DNA of 16,009 nucleotides, from contig NW_021825275.1 of the NCBI RefSeq assembly GCF_006345805.1, forward strand, positions 1 through 16,009, given 5' to 3'. This DNA is from Octopus sinensis. Taxonomy: Eukaryota. Positions 1 through 9,400 of this stretch are shown here, piece by piece. The notes under the pieces were generated by a model. It ran no database searches. It had not been told where the DNA came from and worked only from the letters and a program-made list of their open reading frames with translations. The translations under genes were made by a program, and so were the position numbers. Position 1 is the stretch's first letter. The number at the start of each line of letters is the position of its first letter.

Positions 1-399
1 AACTTATAATAATAGCAAACACATAGACCCATTGCCACCATGAACCTCAAAATACGAAAAAAAAAAAAACGACAGTAGAAACAACATCAACAAGCTTAAT
101 TATATCAACAAAAAACAACATCGTATTTTCAAATATCCCAAATGGAAGCTCTACCATCTCTTCCATCACCAACATTATCACTATGACATTCGCTGTGGCA
201 TTTAGAAACACCGCCATTACAAACACAACCCGCAACACTATCAACAGCAAGAAACATAGCAAGAATACGAAGGAATATAGTGATGAATACAACTGATAAC
301 TATTTTACCACCAATAATCAATTCTCTGAAGCAGTCGGATCTAACAACACCAGTACCAGCAATCATTTACGCTACATTTGTTGTCAAGAAGTAGACTGC

Positions 400-1450
400 G
401 AACACCCGCTCACTATCAAAAGTTTTCTTGACGCTTGAGTATGGATAATCGCTGTTTGCCAGATCTAATTTTATGCAGCTCTAGACCAAGCGTACTCCGA
501 AGCAGAAGCTCACAATCCTACGCTTAATGGGTGATGCGATTAGTGGATGGCGTCTATTGAGGATCAGACGACGTCCTCGGGAAGAAACTAAACGTAGATG
601 AAAATCAACTGCCTTGTCTTTTTCATGAAGATTTTGAATATTTTCCAGAAATCCCTTGACTGAAAATGCGATGAGGCGTAATTGACGGTTCCATAGAAAT
701 TCTACAAATTTCGTAGTACTAACAACTGGACGTGTTTCAAATTTAGGCTATTTAGGACAGACAGACGAATTAAGTCGATTATATCGACCCCAGTACATAA
801 CTGGTACTTATTTAATCGACCCCGAAAGGATGAAAGTCAGAGTCGACATCGGCGGAATTTGAACTCAGAACGTAGTGGCAGACGAAATACTGCTAAGCAT
901 TTCGCCCGGCGTGCTAACGTTTCTGCCAGCTCGCCGCCTTCTATTGAAATCGATATACCTACTTCCGCTAAAATGCCTAGTTTTGAGCCTAAATATCACA
1001 AAGTTCCATTGTGTATTTCTATACAACAAAGCTGTTCTACTCGTGCTCTTACAGTGTTCGAGCATTTCTGACTTGTGCAGGCACTATACTTTTCCGCCAA
1101 GCCCTCGTCGAACTTTTCAAGTTTTGCTTGGAAAACAAATTGAGGGTAGTGAGTGAGGTACTAGCCTGCAGGAAATTTATGAAAAGGTAGGTGAACGTAG
1201 CGAGAATTGCTTGAGGAAATAGACCTATTTTAACATGCTCCTGCAAGCTGAAAAGTACGAAGAAGGGAGGTATACCTGCCTTAGTATCCTGGTGAGATTC
1301 CTCGGTCGCCTATTGGGGTATATTTTTGCTATAATTATTTTTTTTAATTCTCATTGTTATACTGTTTATACGTGTTCATGTAAATCCCCACTGTACTTTG
1401 TATTTGAATTGTTCTAAATAATTTTCGGATCCTTGTATCAGAGAAAGAAT
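400..1450 (+). mobile_element. Decayed 3' fragment of an L1/Tx1-type non-LTR retrotransposon (ORF2 C-terminus + 3' UTR), copy 1, interrupted by an insertion at 725-1023
   Basis: Manual translation gives GSDDVLGKKLNVDENQL (~561), IFQKSLD*..LTVP*KFYKFRS (~640-717), NKAVLLVLLQCSSISDL (1025-1075) and FKFCLENKLRV..KFMKR*VNVARI (~1115-1210). These are colinear with the copy at 3322-4384. Many stops and deletions; boundaries approximate. Confidence 0.65.
754..940 (-). mobile_element. tRNA-derived SINE, 3' tail missing; a duplicate of the copy at 3057-3292 rather than an independent insertion
   Basis: 754-994 matches 3106-3346 with 5 substitutions in 241 bp, including 54 bp of non-SINE flank. No target-site duplication of its own. 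Confidence 0.85.
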
Positions 1451-1540
1451 GATTGTAGTTGTTCATTAACACATCACTGCAGGAGAATGTAAGATGGTAT
1501 TAGCTGTCTGCAATCAGTGGACTAATGAAACGCTTTTCAC

Positions 1541-1990
1541 TTAGATTTTGAGAACTCTACAGGGGATTTGTGCAGTTGCAAGCAATGCTGTTTTCTGTAG
1601 ATGCTCTATCTTCTTTACTTATCGTTTCAATTCCCTTTGCAAATTTGATACCGATATTAGGCTCCAACTACAGGTACAACATTCACCGTTCAAAATGACC
1701 ACAGTTTTATTTTATTTACGACTTCAAATCATCATATCTGACCTGCTTTAATTCTCCTTCCGATTCTCTTTCATTACCAGAACATTCAATATCTGTGATT
1801 TAGCAAGTTTTTATTTAACAGGTTTTTATTCACAGCTATTTCCAACTTTCGGTGTCCAATTTCATGATTACATTGACTTATTACATCCTACAGTATCTTT
1901 ACCTTATCATTATCCCTAATAGAGTTTGTACATACCACATCTTTTCTCTATTCAATCCATACTTGCTACTCATTAACGCATTAAAATCTG
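1541..1990 (-). mobile_element. Highly decayed R4/Dong-clade REL-endonuclease 3' fragment
   Basis: The reverse strand reads SKYGLNREKMWY..NDKVKIL*DVISQCNHEIGHRK..ITDIEC..KLWSF..VVPVVG..IEHLQKTALLATAQI..RVLKI*, paralleling 10180-10615 (KYGL..WY..KILWDFKIQCDHEIENRKPDIV..EHLEKTALLGTARILRMVLEK*). Confidence 0.75.
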
Positions 1991-2915
1991 TTTGGCATTT
2001 CACTAATAAAGAGAACTATAGTGTTAAGGTTTTACAACCATCCGCGCTTTATCGAGACATCACCCCTAGGGAGCTGCCAACCAAGTTTAGAGAGACACCT
2101 CTCCCATTGTGGTAGACATAACCCCAAAAAGGTAGCCTCTAACGTTTTAGGTCTCGGGTTTACATTATCATTGTTGTTATTGTCATAAGCCAGTCGTACA
2201 GAATACGAAATTATGATAACAAACAATCGCGTCATCAGTAGTAATAAGGAAATACTATTTGGGGAGCCGTTGACTCTCCTGAGTTCATCCGCTCTTTGAT
2301 AGATTTTGCTTTTTGGTTTGCAGTGTGACCAAAAACAATAAAAGAGCACCCATCTCGCCGAGAATGGTCTGTGTGTTTGCCGACATTTGTGGATATTGAA
2401 CAGATATTTTGAGTCCTACCGTGCGATTTCTTGCCTCCTGCCACGGGAATGGAGATGCAACTGAACCGTGCTGGGAGCGATGTGGTACAGGGAAAATATT
2501 AAGATGGGAGTAGAAGAATTTTATAGTGCAACTTGAGTATCGCTAGTACTGATATAATGGAGGTGCTGGTGGGTAAATTAGATAATCGTATCAGCACTGT
2601 GGAGAGAGGTGAACAGTGTTCTATGTGTAAACAGGACGGGGAGCCTATCGTCTCTATGATCCACCATCGTGTGGCTACTTCATGAAATCATTTAGAGCAA
2701 ATTGATACTGAAGCAAGAGAAGGAAACATGAAGAGCGATAGGACAAATTGACAAATGACGTGAGTCATATTTCTTCAAACGAAAACTAAAATCATTTGTG
2801 TGTGTTTACTGAGGAGGAATAGAGTAAACAATAAAACAACACTGTAGTCTGGTATCGTCGAATTCATGATCTAGCATTGAATAGTTACTCCAAGAAATTG
2901 AATGTATTACTATTT

Positions 2916-3056
2916 AGATCGATAGCACGTCGGTGAAAATACTTAGCGACATTTCCTACTCTTTATGTTGTGTATTCACACCCAGCAAAGGGCAGATTTA
3001 CCTGTCATCGTTTCGGGGTGGATAAAATAAAGTAGGAGCTCACTATTGAAATCGAT
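2916..3056 (+). mobile_element. Old, diverged copy of the same tRNA-SINE family (host of the younger copy)
   Basis: TAGCACGTCGGTGAAAATACTTAGC..CCTGTCATCGTTTCGGGGTGGATAAAATAAAGTA aligns by eye to the reverse complement of 3150-3277 (TAGCACGCCGGGCGAAATGCTTAGC..CCTTTCATCCTTTCGGGGTCGATTAAATAAGTA). Confidence 0.7.
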
Positions 3057-3292
3057 TTACAATTCTTTATTGCCCACAAGGGGCTAAACATAGAGGGGAC
3101 AAACAAGGACAGACAGACGAATTAAGTCGATTATATCGACCCCAGTACATAACTGGTACTTATTTAATCGACCCCGAAAGGATGAAAGGCAGAGTCGACC
3201 TCGGCGGAATTTGAACTCAGAACGTAGCGGCAGATGAAATACTGCTAAGCATTTCGCCCGGCGTGCTAACGTTTCTGCCAGCTCGCCGCCTT
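3057..3292 (-). mobile_element. Full-length tRNA-derived SINE (resembles the Octopus OK-type family) with 14-bp target-site duplication
   Basis: Minus-strand head GGCGGCGAGCTGGCAGAAACGTTAGC (A-box-like), B-box GTTCAAATTCC (3216-3206), central GCCTTTCATCCTTTCGGGGTCGAT..AAGTACC motif (recalled as a domain shared by many metazoan SINEs), tail ending AATAAAGAATT. TSD CTATTGAAATCGAT at 3043-3056 and 3293-3306. Family name from memory. Confidence 0.9.
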
Positions 3293-3321
3293 CTATTGAA
3301 ATCGATATACCTACTTTCGCT

Positions 3322-4384
3322 AAAATGCCTAGTTTTGAGCCTAAATTTGAAACACGTCCAGTGTTTTCTTATCGTTGAGAACGTGTAATTGTTTGTCAGA
3401 CACGCTTTTCCGCAGCTCACCTCTTCGATGAGCTGCAGTCGGGGATCAAGCGCAAACCAGTGCTCAGTACCTGGTACCTGGGGTGCCGTCAGACACTTGC
3501 AGCCCTCTGTTAGTTGAGCAATGCATTCGATGAGAAGTTCCATTGTGTATTTCTATAAATGTGACGAGCAAGAGCGACGATATTGTCGCAGACTTATGGT
3601 ATCGAAAAGAATCAGCTAGCTGATATCTTCCGAAGGTCTTTTAGGTTACGGCTTTAGATAATTACCAGAAATCTCTAGCTAGAGGTGGAATTGCCGGCCC
3701 GAGATAAATTCTACAGGCATGGAAGTGTCGTCAGCCCGTCCTACCCGAGACGCACACAAAGCGACAAAATTTTTCTACACGAACTTTCCCAGTGCCCGGG
3801 CATAGCTCACATACGGATTTATTTCGAACACCTGCTATCGCGTAGAGGAAGGATCGAGCTATCGTATAAGTCTTTTGTGAATATCACCCTACCCCTTTTT
3901 CTTGCCCTGGAAGGACAGGCAGTGTTTATGTGTCTGATGGCTTTAGTGAAAGAGGTTGTGTGATAACCTAGATTGAAAGGACTGAAGCCAGACTCTTTCC
4001 TCTTTGGCTAAACCTTCATTAACTTTTTAAAGTTTCACTTGAAAAGGAAAGTAAGGGTGGAGAAGAGAGTGCTGCTTCCCATCAGGTTTATTAAAAGGTG
4101 AGTGAATATGGCACGACTGGTTTGAGTCAGAGGACTAATTCTAAGCATGCACCTATATGTTGAGAGAAGTGAACGAGGGGAGGACACTTGCCCCTAGTGA
4201 TCAAAACCGTAGTTTTGTGGAATTTCCACGAGCAGTCCTTTAGAAGTTACACTCACTGGTGAATCTTTGTTTGCATTTTTGTTTTCGTTGTTTTTTGTTT
4301 TCTTACTCTTTACATGTCTTTATATTTCATCATACTATATCGTTCTGGACGGTCATCAATCTTCTTGTAGATAATGAAGAAATC
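3322..4384 (+). mobile_element. Decayed 3' fragment of an L1/Tx1-type non-LTR retrotransposon (zf-RVT-like region + T-rich 3' UTR), copy 2
   Basis: DNYQKSLA..LPARDKFYRHGSVVSPSYPRRTQSDKIFLHELSQCP (ORF 3685-3963) fits a degenerate LP.RD.L..G...CPRC..E...H.L..CP zinc-finger of L1/Tx1 ORF2. It continues LKFHLKRKVRVEKR..RFIKR*VNMARL, then a T-rich UTR ending AATGAAGAAAT before a microsatellite. Confidence 0.72.
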
Positions 4385-4385
4385 A

Positions 4386-4400
4386 GTCGTCGTCGTCGCC

Positions 4401-4436
<36 letters not shown>

Positions 4437-4557
4437 TAGTAGTAGTAGTAGTAGTAGTAGTAGTATTGGTGGTGGTGGTGGTGGTAGTAGTAATGGTAAC
4501 AGCAGCAGTAGTAGTAGTAATGGTAGCAGCAGCAGCAGCAGTAGTAGTAGTAATGGT

Positions 4558-4589
<32 letters not shown>

Positions 4590-4605
4590 TAGTAGTAGTA
4601 ACAGC

Positions 4606-4636
<31 letters not shown>

Positions 4637-4646
4637 GCAACAGCAG
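4386..4646. repeat. Compound trinucleotide microsatellite (GTC)(GTA)(GTG)(GCA)(ACA)
   Basis: Directly visible; explains the poly-S/V/A/T, poly-C/Y and poly-L ORFs. Confidence 0.98.
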
Positions 4647-5130
4647 AAAACCAAATTACTCAAAGCGCTAAAGAGAGAAAAAGTACTTATAGCATAGAAC
4701 AGGTATCAGACAGTAGGGATCTATTACTATGACGAAATGAAGGATACACAGATAACAGATTATTATAAAAGATAGAAGACTATTATAAAATTACAGCCTG
4801 CTGACATACCTCACATCGAACAAATATAAATTAATGTATTTAGATGAAAGACATGATAAACTTATATATACGTGTTAGAATTTCTGGCAGGCTAACAGAT
4901 ATGTAAACCAAGATAGACGAACAGGAATAGACGAGAAATGAGAAAATGAGAAAAAAGGCTGGATAGATCGTGAAAAATCGGTGAAGAGTCGTGAAAAAAT
5001 ATCGTTAGAAATATGACGAGAAGAGCATTCTCTAGAACATTTTCTACAAATCAAGTAATTTAGTGTTTCCTCATAAAGGTAAATATTGTCTAAAACATAG
5101 GATAGTGTGGTCACCGCACATATCATACCT

Positions 5131-5350
5131 TTTCTTTACTACCCAAGGGGCTAAACACAGAGGAGACAACAAGGACAGACAGACGGATAAGTCGATTATA
5201 TCGACCCCAGTGCGAACTGGTACTTAATTTATCGACCCCGAAAGGATGAAAGGCAAAGTCGACTTCGGCGGAATTTGAACTCAGAACGTAACGGCAGACG
5301 AAATACGGCTACGCATTTCGGCCGGCGTGCTAACGTTTCTGCCAGCTCAC
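5131..5350 (-). mobile_element. Full-length tRNA-derived SINE, same family, independent insertion with ~20-bp TSD
   Basis: Colinear with 3061-3290. Flanked by TCACCGCACATATCATACCT (5111-5130) and TCACCGCACAATATCATACCT (5347-5367). Confidence 0.9.
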
Positions 5351-5608
5351 CGCACAATATCATACCTACCAACCAAGTATCATGCTGGTCATGATGCAAT
5401 GTAATTCCAAATAACATTTACATGCATGATTTTACAACTACAGAAATCTCTTTATTAGAATCTTGCCCAAATGTATTTGACGGAAAGAAAAAAGAAAAAG
5501 ATGTAGTTTTATGTATCAGTAACCCACACAACTTAAACGGTATCTATGATAATTCTATTTTAAGAAATCGTCAAATGCAACCCGGGTCTTTTTAATTACC
5601 TTTGGATA

Positions 5609-5852
5609 ACGTGGCCGATGCCAGTGCCAATCCGATCGTAGTCGTTGACAGCCTCGCCTGGCACCTGTGCCGGTGGCACGTAAAAAGCACCCACTACACT
5701 CACGGATTGGTTGGCGTTAGGAAGGGCATCCAACTGTAGAAACACTGCCAGATCAGACTGGAGCCTGGTGCAGTCTTCTGGCTTCCCAGATCCCGGTCGA
5801 ACTGTCCAACCCACGCTAGCATGGAAAACGGGCGTTAAACGATGATGATGAT
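5609..5852 (+). mobile_element. 5'-truncated SINE of a second family with (GAT)n tail (resembles the 3' part of Octopus OR-type SINEs)
   Basis: GC-rich island with GGCACGTAAAAAGCACCC and GGTTGGCGTTAGGAAGGGCATCC motifs (recalled from RTE-associated SINE tails), ending GTTAAAC(GAT)4. Family assignment from memory. Confidence 0.7.
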
Positions 5853-6389
5853 AAACGTATTCTGTCATATCCGCCCGACACTGGTAAACTTTTTCGTATA
5901 TTAGCACCTTACAATGTAAAAATGTATATTAAGAAAGGTCCCGATAATAAGGCACTTTATTGCTTGCAATATGACCCTAAAGATTCAATGTTCGGTTGCG
6001 TTACACTAGTATTCCACAAGAACAGTTAATGCATGTTCTTCCGATAAATCAATAAAATTCCATCCAATATTGAATTTAGAAAATTGATTTATATCGCACC
6101 CACTGAGCTTACTGGAAGGAGTAGTCAAAATCCCTTAAATGACACTTTGCCATCTACATACATGACATATAGTTTAGGTACTATATATTTTATTATCCAT
6201 TTAATTGTTTTTGAATATTTCTTGAAAAGAAAATGCATTATATTACGCGAAGAATTTTCACCTAACCCGGCATGCTGTTTAATGCTGAGTCGTAGTTAAA
6301 AATGCAATTAACCTCAAAAATGTCAAGCATTCATCAACAGATGGCTCAAAACATTGCAAACATTTATTATCCAACATTTCTAGACAACA

Positions 6390-7499
6390 AAGATCTTTGA
6401 TCCAAAGCTAATCTGGGGTAATCTATCACAAGGTAAAAACGTAAGATGGGCAAGATATATTGAGATGATATAGAGAGTGTCTAATAAGGCCAGTCAAGGA
6501 TTGGAACCCGGAAAATGAAACGAAGAACAGAATAATCGCCCGTAGAGATCGCAAAAGAGGAATTCAAATGGTAATGATGAAATAGAACAAAGTGAAATGA
6601 TAAGCACAAGATAGAACATAACAGAAGATAATTTCAGGGAGCCTACACATTAGTGTAGAATCTGTTAACAGGAGCGCTTTCAGAAAGCATTTACGAGCAA
6701 CTTGACAACCAGAATTTACTATCAGAAGAACAGAAAGGTTGCAGGGAGAAGGCTAGAGAAACGTATTATCTATCATACATAGACAAAGCAGTTTTAAATA
6801 AAGTTAAAGCTAGAAAGAAAAATCTAACAACTGCATGGATAGATTATAGGAAATCCTATGACATTATCCCACATTCATGGAAAAAAAATGAACGTCTGAG
6901 TATATTAAGTATAGTAGACAAGATAAGAGAATTAATTAGCTTTAGCATGAAGAAATGGAAAGTAGATTTCTACTTAGGTGACACACTTTTGTTAATATCA
7001 AAAGAGGAATTTACCAGGGGAAGTCGCTGTCCCCTTTGATATTTGTCTTATGTTTGATCCCCCTCAGATTAGTATTAAGGAAGGTAAAGGCAGGGTATCA
7101 TATCGGAAATAGTAATGGAAAAGTTAACCATTTGCTATTCATGGATGATCTGAAGCTTTTTAGTAATAATTTAAAAGAGATAGTAGAGACTGTATCTTCA
7201 GCAAAGATATAGGCACGGAATTTGGCATAGATAAATGTACAATATAAGTCATGAGAAGGAGACATTAGTCAACAACGAAGGCATTCAATTACCAGATGGC
7301 CAGATATTAAAATCATTGAAAGGAGGAGAGAGTTATAAGTATCTAGAAGTATTATAATCTGTCAAAAAAAATTATCAACTAAGAAATGAAAGCGAAAATT
7401 GTGATGGGGTACATCAGAAGAGTGAGGAAGCTAATGAAGTCAAAGCTAAATGGTCCGAATCTAATTAAGGCTGTAAATACTTGGTGGGTATCATTATTT
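6390..7499 (+). mobile_element. Decayed R4/Dong-clade reverse transcriptase fragment (A)
   Basis: EEQKGCR (~6725), WIDYRKSYDIIPHSW (6836-6880), IKRGIYQGKSLSPLIF (6997), HLLFMDDLKL (7129), EFGIDKC (~7218), YKYL (~7334), KSKLNGPNLIKAVNTW (~7437). Multiple frameshifts; 5' boundary approximate. Confidence 0.92.
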
Positions 7500-7502
7500 A
7501 CA

Positions 7503-7540
7503 CTAGCAGAAAGACTGCCGTCCGGGCAGTTTTCTGCTAG
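7503..7540. repeat. 38-bp near-perfect palindrome with CTAG ends
   Basis: CTAGCAGAAAGACTGCC-GTCCG-GGCAGTTTTCTGCTAG: 16-bp stem with one bulged G and a 5-nt loop. Confidence 0.9.
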
Positions 7541-7779
7541 CCCCTTCATATTTTCACATTTGATTCCCATTTCTAATCATTTTTATATTTTACGTCTAAT
7601 TATTTCTTTGTATAATAGCGCTCACTTGCTTAGTAAATATTATCACGATCATGATCTCACCTTTTTAAACAAACATTACGGTAGTCCAACAACAGAGGTA
7701 GAAGAATTTTGTCAAGTTTTATCTTCACCTCAAAACAACATACAGATTTCAATTCAGCAGTTCATCTGTAAGGCTTGCG

Positions 7780-7823
<44 letters not shown>
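7780..7823. repeat. (GT)n(GA)n dinucleotide microsatellite
   Basis: Directly visible. Confidence 0.97.
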
Positions 7824-7837
7824 AAATTACAAACAAT

Positions 7838-8695
7838 AAATGAAATATTTAAACACTACAAAATCAGTTCTCCTGCTTACTAGTATGAACATCACCCTCA
7901 GTCAATCTTTGAAGGTAAAAATACCACTATCCTGTGGGATTTTTCAGTCAACACCGACAGAACGATACAGGCTAATCGACCAGACATAGTCATTAAAGAC
8001 AGGGAAGAAAATGCTTTTAGACTAATAGATGTAAGTTTTCCTACTGATAAAAATATATCTATAAAAGAATTTTACAAATTAAGTAAATATAAGGCCCTGG
8101 AAATTGAAATACAAAAGATGTGGTGTTTTAAAGCGAGAATTGTTCCTGTTATTGTGAGTGCCGTTAGTATGATTAGAAAAGGATGTCAGAAACATCTAGG
8201 TAATATTCCAAGAGAACCATGTCTCAGAGAAATCCAAAAGATTTTGCTAACAAATACTCCCCACATATCAATTTAAACGTCTATGTTATATTATATGAAG
8301 ATATTTCGTTATTGTCCCTACCGCTTACCCATACCAAGCTTTCAGTCATTGAAATACAAAAGATGTGGCATCTCAAAGCGAGAACTGTTCCTGTTATTGT
8401 GGGTTACTTGGTATGATAAGAAAGGGATGTTAGAAATATCTAGATAATATCCCAGGAGAACCATGTCTCAGAGAAACCCAAAAGAGTTTGCTAACAAGTA
8501 CTGCCCACATCCTTAGAAAAACCAAATCAGTTATATTGTGTTATATTACGTGAAGATATTTCGCTACTGCCCCTGTCACTCACTTACCCCCTCTTCAAGC
8601 TTTCAGTCATACTGTAACAACTCCTATCCTTCACTGGCCTTAGAATGCTGGGTGTCCTCAGCGAGTGAATGTAAAAACATGTAGATTAAAAGTAA
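7838..8695 (+). mobile_element. R4/Dong-clade REL-endonuclease 3' end (B) with tandemly repeated terminal segment and 3' UTR
   Basis: KHYKISSPAY*YEHHP..ILWDFSVNTDRTIQANRPDIVIKD..LIDVS..KLSKYKALEIEIQKMW..VPVIV is a PD-(D/E)xK-type REL domain. 8103-8349 is repeated at 8348-8610. Confidence 0.9.
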
Positions 8696-8717
8696 ATTAT
8701 TATTATTATTATTATTA

Positions 8718-8759
<42 letters not shown>

Positions 8760-8783
8760 TTTATGTATTACTATTATATTTAC

Positions 8784-8838
<55 letters not shown>

Positions 8839-8913
8839 TTATTACTATTATTATTATTATCATCATCATTATTATTATCATCATCATTATATTATTATTA
8901 TTATTATTAATTA

Positions 8914-8950
<37 letters not shown>
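8696..8950. repeat. (ATT)n microsatellite with ATC/ACT interruptions
   Basis: Directly visible. Confidence 0.98.
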
Positions 8951-9291
8951 GAGTGAGAGAGCAGTGCATGCCATCAAAGTGACACTGGGCAAAATATACG
9001 AAGCCCAATATACCCATCATGACTACCCGTCTGATAAGGGTACACCAGGCACATGCATCACAACCATATGTGCACGACATGGTGATCTCATATCAAGGTA
9101 AACAGCGCATGACCAAGCAGGTGGAGCCCAGTTAGAATTTTCTTCAGGTCGAGTAGCCCATCCCGCTCAAAAGGTCCCTGAATAAGGGTTGTTTAAGGAT
9201 GTTGAAAGAACCACCCATGTTTCCAAATAATCCCTCTCAACACATGGCTATGATGCTCCCCCACTACTTCTGCTCGTGATCAGAGATGCAC

Positions 9292-9293
<2 letters not shown>
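8951..9293 (-). mobile_element. Element X, 5'-truncated copy (non-coding interspersed repeat in TAA microsatellite)
   Basis: Reverse complement of 9589-9954 with substitutions and a ~20-bp internal deletion. (ATT)n on both sides. Confidence 0.88.
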
Positions 9294-9348
<55 letters not shown>

Positions 9349-9398
9349 TATTATTATTATTATAACATCAACAATAATAATAATAATAATAATAATAA
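9294..9398. repeat. Back-to-back (ATT)n then (AAT)n microsatellite (strand switch at ~9363)
   Basis: Directly visible. Confidence 0.97.
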
Positions 9399-9400
9399 AT

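Noticed and set aside
1-400. 81-aa hydrophobic ORF (47-292, minus) as a membrane protein
   Set aside because: The + strand is A/C-skewed, resembling a decayed (CAN)n low-complexity tract, which yields V/L/F-rich antisense translations.
2100-2870. Solo LTR
   Set aside because: An AATAAA and TG/CA dinucleotides are present, but I found no terminal inverted repeat, TSD, primer-binding site or second copy.
3200-3292. tRNA gene
   Set aside because: Only A/B-box-like motifs with no cloverleaf; it is the head of a TSD-flanked SINE.
4259-4732. Long ORFs with poly-S/V/A/T, poly-C/Y or poly-L (also 8665-9101, 11766-12173, 13040-13397)
   Set aside because: They are translations of trinucleotide microsatellites that lack stops in some frames; no domain content.
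6390-8695. Fragments A and B as one interrupted element
   Set aside because: The linker and zinc-knuckle region between them is missing, and A resembles D while B resembles C3, so they are treated as separate insertions.
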